From Marsupella aquatica (taxonomy: Eukaryota; Plantae; Marchantiophyta), in assembly GCA_973895155.1 (NCBI GenBank), contig OZ316899.1, positions 11,149,575 to 11,213,574 on the forward strand: 64,000 bases of DNA, given 5' to 3'. A program made the position numbers and the translations under genes. Below are positions 37,225-49,088 of the stretch, one piece after another (the stretch's first letter is position 1; every line of letters begins with the position of its first letter). Below the pieces are notes generated by a model. The model made no database searches. It saw only the letters and a list, made by a program, of their open reading frames with translations, and was not told the DNA's origin.

Positions 37225-40200
37225 ATGGCTTCTCTTGTGATAATCCGATCAATAACCGGGGATGTTGTTGTTCTTTGTCAAATTGAGGGAGACAGTGTTC
37301 AAGTCACTAAGGAGCATGAAGTAGCAAGCCGATTTGGTTTGAAGGTAGGGGATTTCATGATTTACGAGGAGAGAGAAGATGGGTTGTCCACTTCTGCTGA
37401 ATCCAAAGGCGATGGAGATGAGCGAGAGTGGTATCTGAAATGTGGCGTGTCCTATACTATCTGCAAAAAGAAAGCAAGTTCATGCAATGTTAGTGAGGGT
37501 CTTGGAGATTTTGCGCACTCCCCACAGATTGATGAACCAAGTGAATTATGGAACAATACACCGCGTCAGAAATCGTCCCAATTTTGGGAGGACATTCACC
37601 AAGTTGGTAGACCCCACTCAAATTCGTCGCCAGTGTGGCAGGATGTTGGAGAGGGAGATGGTCCAGTGAAGGAGACACCTCGACCCAATGCAATCAATCT
37701 CAGAGGGGGTCTTCGAGATGGTGAACCTCCTCGGACAAGTACACCTAAGTCCAATTCATTCCAAATGTGGGAGGATCTTGGAGATGGTGATACACCAGTG
37801 AAAGAGAAACCTCAATCAATTGCATTCAATCTCAGAGGGGGTCTTTGAGATGGTGAACCTCCTTGGACAAGTACACCTGGGTCCAATTCATTCCAAATGT
37901 GGGAGGATCTTGGAGATGGTGATACACCAGTGAAAGAGAAATCTTGATCAAGTGCATTCAATCTCAGAGGGGGTCTTCAAGATGGTGAACCTTCTCGGAC
38001 GAATACACCCGAGTCTACATCATCCCAATTTTGGGAGGATCGAGGAGCTGCTTATACTCCACCAAAGGAGACACCTCGATCAAAGGCATTCCTTCTCAGA
38101 GAGGGTCTTTGAGAAGGCAATTCAGTATGGAAGGATGAGTTCCTTGTCAGTGTTGTTCATGCCATGCTACACGGGAAAGGGACCTCTCCATGTGTACAAG
38201 CTGCTCGTAAGATTTTGAGCACAACATTGCCGGAGAGAGTTCAACGATTACCAAAAGTGTATGATGGAGACCATGTTTTTGAGTTGCCACCTTTTACAAG
38301 TCCATACTTGAAGGGGTGTTTCTTTTTGGGCATGGAGCGAAAGAATGATTGTTACATGTGGACCAGGTTGATTGAGATAGGAGAAAATATCGGCCCAAAG
38401 CTAAACAACAACAATCACTCTTACAAGATCCAAACTGTGAAGTGTTTGGGTTCTCTGCGTTGTATGCATAGGGATTGTGAGAATTTTGAAGAGCGCAAAG
38501 AGCACAATTCTGCAAAGTGGACCCGAGATCAAGCAGGCACAAATGAGCTGCCTTTCCCTGTTGGATGCGACATTCCCCCATCAAGTGTAATTTGTAGCTT
38601 CTGCAGGAGGCCTCCTAGGTGTATAGCTGGATGCCCAAGTGAGATGTACTACATCACTCCAACCAAGGACGACCTTAATTATTGTCACAAGTCTCGTGTT
38701 GCCATGCATGTTGGAAATCACACCCATTCCGCAATGTTCACGCACAACAAAGATCAACGATCACTTGTGCGTAATCTCGTGGAGGAGGAACTAAAGAGGA
38801 GTCCTACTGCACGGCCGTCTGTGATCAAGGTCAAAGCAGTACAGAAACTTAAAGATATTTTTGAGGACCCAGTGGCTGAGATGGTCACCACTGAGGAGGC
38901 AAATGACCTTGATGAAATGTTGGCCATTCTGGGCAACAAATTTGTTTTCCGCTCAATGATCAGGAGCATCAAGAAATACTCTCATGTGTCGTCTGATGTA
39001 AGCATGATACTAGAGATGCGGAAGTAGACTGCATTTCCTTTTATCCAAAGTGTTTTGTTCCCAGCCCAGAACGTGGGAACAAATGAGCAGCCGCACTTTT
39101 TCAAATGAGTATAGAAGGTCCCGGGTTAGGAGTGGACCTTGTTCGAAGAATGCAGCCAGGAGGGGATCTTGAGCATTCTTGGGTGATGTCTGATGTCATG
39201 CACTGCATACTTGACAATAGATGGTGCACTATGTCTGCACACGTATATGACCATTTCTATTGAGGCTTATGCATAATCTTTGTCTGTGAGCTAGTTTCAG
39301 AAGACAGCAAGTCATTGCAAACTGCATGGAAGGTCATGAGGAGGGTATGTGAAGAACATGGGCTGAAGAATGTGTAGTTCTATGAATTTATGGCTGATAA
39401 TGCTGCTGCTGGGTGGAATGCGATCCGCAATGAATTTTGGGATGGAAAGGTAAATTCCCATAGAGAGAGGTCTGATGCATTTCACTAGGCCCAATCAGTA
39501 CAGAGAATGCAGAAGCACATTGTCCCAAGTAAGAGATTTGAGCATAAAGAATTGTTGGATTCACTTCGGCACGCCGGTAATATAGTTCTTGCCTATCGAG
39601 TTTTTGAGAAGCTGAAAACGTGGTGGAATGAGGGCAATGCGCTACCAGGAAAAGCAAAAGAGCTCACCACGTGGATGTCTTGGTGGATTGTTCGGTTTTC
39701 TCATTGGGGAAACTTTTTGAGACTCGTAAGTGTCTTAACACTTTCCCTCTCTATGCATGATATCCGTCAACACGTCGGATCTTGGCAAAGCTCTCCGAGA
39801 TATGCTCTAATACACCTATTTTGTCTGTTGCCTAGAACATAAAAATGACCAAAATTGAGATGTTTTTTGGAACAATATTGCAGGAGATGGACAGAGAAAA
39901 GGCAGCACTCATGCCTAACCACAGCGGGGCAGAGTCGGTACACGCATCTATGCGTAAATCCTCATCTAGTACAAAGGTTGGGTTAGTACAATCTTGTACC
40001 CTGGATGCATCTCGCGCGTTGAGCCAAAATGGAGCTTTGAAGAACTACAAACTCAATGGGAGGAAAGGACGGGGACCGAGCTTGTTTGAACTTTGACTTC
40101 GAGATGCTACTGCCGTTGGGAATGTAGAATCTTTCTTTCCAAAATTGAACACCGCTGTAACTCAACCACACTTGCATGAGTTTTCATCCGCGGACCCACT

Positions 40201-41356
40201 TAGCAAAGATGTAGAAATGGTTCCGATGAAACGCGGGAAGGCCACTACTGGCCATCATGTTGTAGTAGAAGATTCCCACCAGCCTGACATTGTTTTGGTA
40301 ACCAGACCAAAGAAGAGGAAGTTCAGGGGGATTGCAAATAGGGACGCAAACTTGAAAAGCCAGGATGCTGAAGTTGTGGATCTGTCGTCCGATGGCTCTC
40401 GTGGCTCGGGAAAACCAGATGTTGTCATTGTGGAACCCCGAAAGATGAGGTCAACCCCATGTCCGGAGCCCGTGAGAAGACGTGTTCAGGAAAGTGATTT
40501 GGTTCTAGGCATGTTCTTTTTGGCTTGCATCTCAACAATTGGTAAGAGTCCCGTTTGTCGAGGTGCATTCAAAGGCAAGGAACGGGGAGTATGTGCTCAA
40601 TTTATCAGAGAGGCAGGACTAAAAGTAAGTGGATTAGGCGTTGTCGGTATCTGTTGGCTGGCTGGGAGTAAATTTAACGAACCAGGTGTTCCATATTCGT
40701 ATTAGTTTTGCCCAAACAACCAGTGGTACACAAAATCATCTTTGCTATTTATTACCGGTGTTTTACCACCACTGCCTTCAAAGTTTCCTGTCTCTCGTGG
40801 AACTAATCTTATAGAAGAAGAGGTCGTGTTCTTGGACAACAATGGAGTGGACATCATTTTTGGTGAAGATGTTATGAATGAATTGGTGAGTGCTGGCGAC
40901 ATCATAATGGATTTGAACACATACCCAGAGCGGATAGATCCTACAATGCCTGATGAGCGTGGTACTCGACGCAATGGCCAAGCAAGGCGAAGGAGGTCAG
41001 ACACCTCCAAGTACGCTGCCACACGTATCCGTAATGCTAAGACTGAGGCAATTGTGCGCACATCAATGAGGAGAATCAAAACAGCGAATGCTACAGGCGT
41101 GAGGCTCATGGTGAACAACACTTGCAGGGGCCGAACTTCAATACATTGCGTACAGATCTGTGTCTTCCCAAGTTGCTCCTGCAAGGATTTCATGTACAGG
41201 GAGTCTATGGGAAGAGCCTACTTCCCGTGCAAGCACTTGTACTGGTGCTTTGCAAACATCTTGAAAAGGAATATCGACACGGATCAATGTGTTAACCAAC
41301 CAATCTTGACTCTAACTGAGGTCAACAACCTTGTATCAAATACGGGTATGGTCTGA
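37225..41356 (+). pseudogene. MULE transposase, full length but decayed (GCM-like Zn domain, DDE, SWIM)
   Basis: KCLGSLRC...C...CSFC...C...MHVGNHTH; WVMSDVMH, FMADNAAAGWNAIR and ERSDAFH; intron ~39726-39883; SWIM CSCKDF...CKHLYW; multiple CGA/CAG/TGG-derived stops. Confidence 0.88.
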
Positions 41357-42480
41357 TCTTGGCGACCTCCGCCGACATTGTATTTCGGAGACCATCGCCG
41401 ACATTGTATCTCGGAGACCCTCGCCAACATTTACCAAATAGCCGAATAGGGTTTCCTTCCTCATTGTATCCTTCCTCATTGTATCTCAGAGACCCTCGCC
41501 GACATTGTATTTTGGAGACCCTCACCGACATTTACCAAATAGCCGAATAGGGTTACCTATTTTGGGACTAGGGTTTAGGGTTTAGGAAAAAAGACGCGGT
41601 TTTATGTGACCGATATTATGTATCAACGGTTCCTATGAATGGATGAATGTGTTAACCAACCAATCTTGACTCTAAGGGCGGCAACCTTGTATCAAATGCT
41701 GGTATTGTCTGATCTCGGCAACCTTCGCCAACATGAACAGGTTTCCTTCCTCATTGTATCTCGGAGACCCTCGCTGACATTGTATTTTGGAGACCCTCGC
41801 TGACATTTACCAAATAGCCAAATAGGGTTACCTATTTTGGGACTAGGGTTTAGGAAAAAAGACGCGGTTTTATGTGACCGATACTATGTATCAACGGTTT
41901 CTATGAATGGTTGAATGTGTTAACCAACCAATCTTGACTCTGAGGTCGACAACCTTGTATCAAATGCCGGTATTGTCTGATCTCGGCGACCTCCGCCAAC
42001 ATGAACAGGTTTCCTTCCTCATTGTATCTCAGAGACCCTCGCCAACATTGTATTACTGAGACCCTCCCTGACAGGGTATTTTGGAGACCCTCGCCAACAT
42101 TGTATTACTAAGACCCTCGCTGACAGGGTATTACTGAGACCCTCGCTGACAGGGTATTTCGGAGACCCTCGCCGACATTGTATTTTGGAGACCCTCGCCG
42201 ACATTTACCAAACAGCTGAATAGGGTCACCTGTGTTGGGCCTAGGGTTTAGGGTTTAGGAAAAATGACCAACCAATCTTGACTTTGAGGTCGACAAACTT
42301 GTATCAAATCCTGGTATTGTCTGATCTGGGCAACCTTCGCCAACATGAACAGGTTTCCTTCCTCATTGTATCTTGGAGACCCTCGCCGACATTGTATTTC
42401 AGAGACCCTCGCCGACATTTACCAAACAGCCAAATAGGGTCATCTGTTTTGGGCCTAGGGTTTAGGGTTTAGGGTTTAGG
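41290..42480. repeat. Complex ~280-360-bp duplications with nested ~30-bp palindrome units and TTTAGGG tracts
   Basis: AACCAACCAATCTTGACT recurs at ~41293, 41653, 41922 and 42267; many GAGACCCTCGCCGACAT; (TTTAGGG)n at ~41570, 41843, 42242 and 42456. Confidence 0.85.
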
Positions 42481-42627
42481 ATAAATGATTGTTTTATGTG
42501 ACCAATATTATGTATCCGTTGTCCTTGTCGGTTTAGTGTTTAGGGTTTGCTATGGACAGGGTCACATTAGGAGGGTAGACCATCGGCCCACTCTCAGATT
42601 AGGCATGTTTTTTGTTACAAACTTACT

Positions 42628-43289
42628 ATGGATCGCGATGCAGGCGAACGTGAGCTTTTGATTGATAGGACACAACAAAAGCTTAGATTGGAATTGCGGA
42701 CGCTTCTGGCTAGTAAGGAACAAGACCGTGCTTGCATTTGGAATCCTCGTTATCCCCTACAATGTCACCCTCTAGTGAGTAACTTGATTGCAGGGTTGCC
42801 TGATGATGTTGTGGAGTTGCACTCTGGCCCCGGATTTAGTCAATGCTCGAAGGTGTTGCAGTTTTGGATCCTGTTTGGGATGGTCATCATCCAGTGAAGA
42901 CTCTCTTCTTGACGGTGCAATCAGTTGCTCATATCAACAGGAAATGGAGACATTTGATAACAAACTCCATACTATGGGCTGCAATGACTACAACTATAGC
43001 ATTTTGTCTCGTAAGATGGCCTACAGTGACCCCTTTGTTCTTTCGAGATTCAGTGAGAGCATTCCCACCGATCGATGTTTGGAGTCGGTTGTCTGATAGT
43101 ATCTTAAATGGAAGGATCGATTCTTGGTTGTTATGTGCTTTAGAGGAAGTGGACTGCTACCTCTCCATATATGGTATTGAGCAAGCGCGAGTAGAGTCTT
43201 GGAAAAGGACTCGTGTTGATAACTGGTACATTGAACAGGTTCAAGAAAGACTTGATAATGGTGTTCCTGTTAATTGTGACAATTTTTAG
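42628..43289 (+). pseudogene. F-box-motif protein A (frameshift near 42820)
   Basis: SNLIAGLPDDVVELH, then after the frameshift VAHINRKWRHLI...LW; divergent paralogue of B and C. Confidence 0.65.
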
Positions 43290-44549
43290 CGGCATCGACT
43301 GAGCACCAATGTGAAAGTTGTTTGCCCACATTGAATGTCATGTCAAATATCAGCCTGCATTAGTGAAATAGACCAATTACAACATTAGACCAATTTTGTG
43401 TAATAGACCAATTAGAACAATTTTGTACAAAAAAATTTGAATAGTAAAAGTTTGGACATTTTTTGAGCGGAATCTCAGTGCAGTGTTCTCGTTATGTTAG
43501 TGACCTCTTCAACATACATAGCAGTACACAATTGTCCTTCTCATCTTGGCGAGAGTCTCTGAGATGTGCCTGGAGAGGTCGTTTACATCACTTTTGTCCT
43601 CGTGAAGTTGGCTAGAGTCTCTAAGATAAGTCTACTATATTGTGTTGACAAATTGGCGGGCACAATCCGCAAAATCTCATAGACCCTCTCTGAGATGGAT
43701 AACATATAGGAGACCCCATAATATATCAAACAGTCCCATAATATTTAGACAATGTTTTTTTAGTTCATCTGCTTCTAGCAATAAAACCATAAGCTTTGGG
43801 CAAAATGTGTGAGGTCAATCATCCATATCACTATTCACTCTTTGGTTGCCTTATCATGGAGGACTCCACTTGACACTATTCTCTTATTCAACATGGAAGG
43901 ATCCAATGCGCAGAGGTGTTATCATGAGAAGTGCGCTGCATGGCTTGAGAAGTTCAGGACGACCATTACTGAGCTGAAATTGATAGCTCTTTCCAATAAG
44001 TTGTCAATATGGAGTTCTCTCGGGAGTTCGGGGGGGAGCCTATGCGTTATCCATTGCGCAGTCAGGACGCCAAAAGCAGAGTCTCATCCCTGGCCTCCCG
44101 GATGATCTGACGGAGGGACACATTTGGCCTCTACTTCAAAACAAATTTGAATGTGCAAATGCTCATGGCAAAGATGATAATGCTACATTCAACGCAATCA
44201 ACAACATGCGTGTATTGTCAAGAGTTAGTAGGAAATGGAGATTCCTAATGACTCATTCAAAGGGATGGGCAACCATAAAAGTGCTGTTGGACATTGTTGA
44301 AAACATATCTGAAAATTGACATTGGACTCAACACTCAACTGCGTCCACGTTTCGATTCCTCTTGCATCAAATTCCTCCTATTGATGCCCTCGTGATGATG
44401 TCACCTATATCATTGAAGTCTTGGGTGGCATATTATGTTTGGAGGACAGAGAGATATGAGAGGGATCTGTATGACAGTTTCTTTGATGAGGATGAGCTTG
44501 GAAGGGTCAAGCTATGGGTGAAGAACAGGCTACACACATTGTTGTGGTG

Positions 44550-47546
44550 AGTGGTGGACCTTGCCACTCAGCGCCCTCACCAATCCCAGCACTTGCGCCT
44601 AAGTGCCCTTGGTGCCCGAACGCCTCCACGGAATACCTCGAGCAAGCATCCAAGTGCCCCTAGCACCACCTGCGGCCCCTCCCATACGAAGCCGCACTTG
44701 CTCACCTACACGACCGCTACTCAATGGTCCTCACTGTCTGCACAAGCAACCAAGCACCTCGGTAAGTAACCCCTCCGGATCTAGAACTCACCAAGTCTAG
44801 CATCCTAACTCAAGCTTAACAGACGTTGGTAAATAGGTTAGCGATAGGTCCTCCTGATGCCATAAGCCGGAACCAGAACCCACGCCCACTGTCCGTCCAG
44901 GACAGCTCCTTCCTTGGGCGCGGCCCGGGTTCCCCCTCGTACCTATCAATCACCAACTGACCGCCCTGACCTCAGGACATGCTCATGGCCCAAATAGCGT
45001 AGCTTGTCCTGAAGCTTGTCCCAAGCTTGTCTCGACACGTCGGGACCAGAACGGCCCCGACTCTAACAACCGCTCCCGGTTCGCCCCACTGATGGTCTAG
45101 GGACCGAGCGCCCTTGGGACTTAGCCTCCATACCTACTTGGCCTTGCCTCCCCAACGCAAGCTCCCCTTGGGAGACTGAACGCGGCTTGGCTACTATTCG
45201 ACAGGATTTGGCAAGCGGGCGAGCTAACACCCGCAAACCACGAGAACCCCTGGCATCCCCGGACCCATCTGAGCTCAGGAGGTCGTAGCCCTCCTCGAGA
45301 GCTTTCCAACACACCCAAGAAGTCCTCCAACGGACTTCCTGTTGGAAAGGTATCGCCATTTCCGTTTGGCGGTTTCCCTTAGTGTCGCGACCTCCGCGGC
45401 TCACGACTTTGGCTCGGCCTTAGCCCCCAGGGAGACACCACTCCCCTCATATATGCTTCTGGAGACCTGCCACCCCCGAACTGTGACATGGCGCAGTGGA
45501 GGTTTGAGTAGGAAATGCGTCAGTTTTTTGCTTTCAAGGAGTAGTAATTACATAGTTTTAGTGATTAGCGGAGTTGTTAGGTTTATGGTAACTTAATAAC
45601 TAAGGAAGTAGAGTAGGGAAATAAATTGAGGGAGAGGACATGTTTCTCTAAGAAGTATCAAGAGTTGAGTAAGTTATTTGGTAAGGGCGGAAAAAAGTTA
45701 TGGTAGTCGGCAAGTCGGGCCGAAGGCCTGACCGATACTTTTGAGTGATAAGTTTAGCTAAGACTCACCCTATAGGTGCTAGGTAGTCCCTAGACCACAC
45801 ATAAAAGTCACAAAGTCAAGTGGGGTCTTAACCTAGGAGTTGTAAGTATTTTGGCAAAACTTAAAGTTACCAAATAGCGGGTCTTGGGAAAAATAGCTGA
45901 TGAGAAAAGGTAGGGGTTCCAAGTTTCAAAGTAGGTTAAATATGGTCCTCCACTTTGGTCTTTGGTCCTTGGTGGGCTACTTTGATCCTTGGTCCTTGGT
46001 GGGCTACTTTGGTCCTTGGTCCTTGGTGGGCTACCTTGGTCCTTGGTCCTCTACTTTGGTCCTTGGTCCTTGGTGGACTACTTTGGTCCTTGGTACTTGG
46101 TCCTTGGTCCTTGGTGTGGTGTGGAAGGAGAATAGTATATAAGGAGGAAGTTTTCATTTGTTAGGGACCGGGAGTCTCATCTCTTAAGTGGAATCTCTAC
46201 CTTGCCAAGGTAGGGCTCAGCTTGAGAAGGGAAAGGTGGTCCATGCTTAGTGTGGAGAATGTGTAGTGAACTTTTCTTGTAAAGGTGATACAATAAAAGG
46301 AGACTTGTCAATCTTCATTGTGACCATTAAGTGTGAGTGCATTTGAAGTGTATGGGAGCAAGAGAAGAGTCTATGATATGGTGTAATCTTGGTCTAAGCT
46401 CAAAGGGGATGTGCTAATACAAAACCAAGGCCAAGGAGGCAAGGTTAAGGTAGAGCACTACTTTGAGACTTAGAGATGATTATAGCTTGAGGGTGGAAAG
46501 TACTTTGCTTGGTGTGTGATCGTGTTAACAAAAAGTAAGTACAAGAGGAAGAGTCCTTAGATAGAGGAGCCTTCTCTAGAGCTCAAAGGGGATGTGTGGA
46601 CCCAAACCAAGGCCGGGGGGGCAAGGTTGAGGGGTAACACTACTTTGAGGGTCTTGAGGAGACTTAAGCTTGAAGAGTAAAGTACTTTGGGTTCTTGGGT
46701 GTTTGTGTGAGAATCTACTCTAAGGTGACAGCTTGGAATGGAGATCCCCCTTGCTGATCCTTGGAGTAGAGGAGAGGGGAAGGGTGTGAGTACAAAAGTA
46801 GTCAAGGGGACTACCTCTCTAGAAGTGGAGACTTGAAACTACTTATGTATGGAGTGATTAGACATTATAGGCACATTTCAGAAGTTTTGTCAATCCTTTG
46901 TGACCCTGGTATGATATGGAGCAGGTATTAGGTAGTCTTTTGGGGAGAAAAATTGCTTCAGCTCCTTGACAAGTGTTTGACACGGACCAACTTTGGTCCC
47001 TAAACATTTGGCCCCCAACCCGGATCCCATCGCGCATAATGGGCGCGCCACCAACTGGCAACGCCCATAACTTTCTTGATAGGCATCCGCAAGCGGAGTG
47101 CCTTAGCCCGTTGTGACCGGGACGACCCAGTGCTCATGCCTAGGCTCTCAGGTCTGATCGCCGCTTGGGGCCCCCGACCTGCCCTGGGTCGGGCCACAAT
47201 TTGCGCCCCAAGCGTCCGTTGCCAATGGCGTCAACTCCATTGGCCTTGGGCCCAAGAGGAGCTCACTCCCAAGCCCTCAGAACTCAAAGCCCATCCGATA
47301 GTCCGGATGACCATCCTTGAGCCCGGCCCATTTGCCCTTGGCCCAACCAGCCATAGGCTAGTCCAAGCCCTTAGGGTGTGTCCCCGGCTTGGCCCCTTGC
47401 CTTGCCAGAGCCACGTCTCATTGCCCACAAGTCTCCCCATGCTAAGCCCTCTTCGGATGGCCTATCCGGGCCTGGACCATAAGGGAGCTCGGCGTCGGAG
47501 TCAGCGACGCCAGAGCTAAGTGTTAAGGTAGTCGAGTTCCGCGACT
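44550..47546 (-). mobile_element. Solo-LTR-like insertion with AGT...ACT termini, copy 2 (contains a nested LTR)
   Basis: Perfect 5-bp TSD TGGTG (44545-44549, 47547-47551); empty site seen at ~22848 in MULE-1; termini AGTGGTGGA...TTCCGCGACT. Confidence 0.85.
45482..46982 (-). mobile_element. Solo LTR of the same gypsy family as 54911-58089
   Basis: TG...CA; TSD CGAAC/CGGAC (4/5); 46120-46971 matches 57240-58089; internal (GGTCCTT)n-type repeat at 45955-46115. Confidence 0.88.
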
Positions 47547-48470
47547 TGGTGTGACAATGTAGCAAGTTGGGAGAGCAACAATCCCGATAGTGGGTACGGG
47601 CTTCATAGTGATGACATTTGATCATTTAGGGTTTAGGTCGACCGCCATTGTTGGTTTAGGTTTAGTTTAGAAGAATTTATCCTCACCCCTGGTAGTTTTG
47701 GTTCAGATTTTGTAACATGGACAAATTTTGTACGAGTTTGCGATTAATAAATTACTTGACATTTGCATGACAAACATGTTTGGCACGGTGTTTTTTCAAT
47801 GTCGGCTACCTCGCCGACATGCAGAATTAAACTTGGGTCTCTAAGATGAATCTTGGTCAGATCTTGGCGGCCTTCTCCGAGATATACTGGCGTACGTCAA
47901 ATCGCTGGATGTACATCAAATCGCCAATGTCAACCACCTCGCCGACATGCAAAACTCGACGAGGGTCTCTGAGATAATTCTTGGCCAAATCTTGGTGGCC
48001 TTCTTTGAGATATGCTGGCATACATCAGATTGCTGGACGTACATCAGATCGCCAATGACATGCAACACTCGGCAAGGGTCTCTAACACATTTTGTGGTTT
48101 TGAGCAGGCAGCTTAGTTTTGAGCACGCAGCTTTGTGAAGTTGGCGAGCCTCGCCGAGATCTTTTCCCAACACAAAACAACCAAGCATAGCGTCTAACCC
48201 ACCAAGGAGAGACAATGTATGAAGTTTCCAAAACAATTATAGTAAAGATCAAGTTGGCGGTCTCGCTGACATTCTAATTTGGTTGCATTAATGTGTACGG
48301 CAAGGACATATTGGGTCCGCTTGAATGATTGTACGATGTTGGCCAGTACGCCGACAGATCCTTGCCAATGTCAGAGACCTCGCCCACATCCCCTCACTAT
48401 GGACCCTTCACTGATATCAGTGACTAATATCAGTTATCAGTCACTGATAACTGATGATGTTACCTATCTC

Positions 48471-48798
48471 GCCACTGTCCCACCTAGGTCAAGCACTATG
48501 GACTTGTACACTTTGCACTTAACCTCTCCAATTCCCGCCTCCACAAATACCATGCTCAACCCTTTCAAAATGGGGTCTGGTTGCTTTGTCTCCTCAGCCA
48601 ACATACTCTTCAACCTTCTTGAGCTTTGTCCTTTGTTGAGTACAGGTCCATATTGGACATCAGCAAGCTGTGCCTTTGCTTCCCAGACTTCTTGTTCAGC
48701 CCAAGCTGATGCAATAGCTTCTTCATCCTCTCACAGTTTGTATTGCTGAGTATCCTGTACAATCTGATGTCCTATGGAATATGTGATCCAAGAGGCCT
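48471..48798 (-). pseudogene. Tandem-BRCT reading frame, fragment 2 (end of BRCT1, linker, start of BRCT2)
   Basis: ASWITYSIGHQIVQDTQQYKL*EDEEA...PILKGLSMVFVEAGIGEVKCKVYKSIVLDLGGTV; one TGA (probably CGA). Confidence 0.75.
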
Positions 48799-49088
48799 TG
48801 TTAAAAACTAATTCTTCCCTACAATTAACTCAACTTAACCCTTCTCTATTCATTCGCGTTTGTATTAACCGATTAATCGTCCAACAACAGGGTAATCTAG
48901 TAAATTGTTTTCATATTCTGCACATGTAATTTCCGCTGAATGTTCTTTGATGTCTACTTCTTCTTTCCACTTCCTGGGTACAATTGACTCAGTTAATACT
49001 AATCCTTCCCTGTATACAATTTCTATAAATCCACACCACTCATGATAAGTGAAAATACAAATTGGAATACTCTCTTCCCTTAACCGAC

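Larger units (their letters stand above)
43893..47621 (+). pseudogene. F-box-motif protein C of MULE-2, split by an LTR insertion (coding 43893-44549 and 47552-47621)
   Basis: Near-identical to 22196-22922 and resumes after the TSD at 47547. Confidence 0.8.
23809..48470 (+). mobile_element. MULE-2: ~24.7-kb Mutator-like element with nested LTR insertions
   Basis: Termini GAGGTACACAAATTCATCAGTTATCAGTGA... and ...TCACTGATAACTGATGATGTTACCTATCTC; TSD GTCACTATC / GCCACTGTC (7/9, two transitions); removing it restores the flanking BRCT frame. Confidence 0.92.

Noticed and set aside
42450-42480. True telomere or chromosome-fusion site
   Set aside because: Only 2-4 TTTAGGG units, embedded in duplicated MULE sequence.
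46972-46982. Extra 11 bp (AGTGTTTGACA) between the solo LTR end and its TSD as a PBS remnant
   Set aside because: Too short to interpret and on the wrong side for a minus-oriented LTR; probably a small end duplication.
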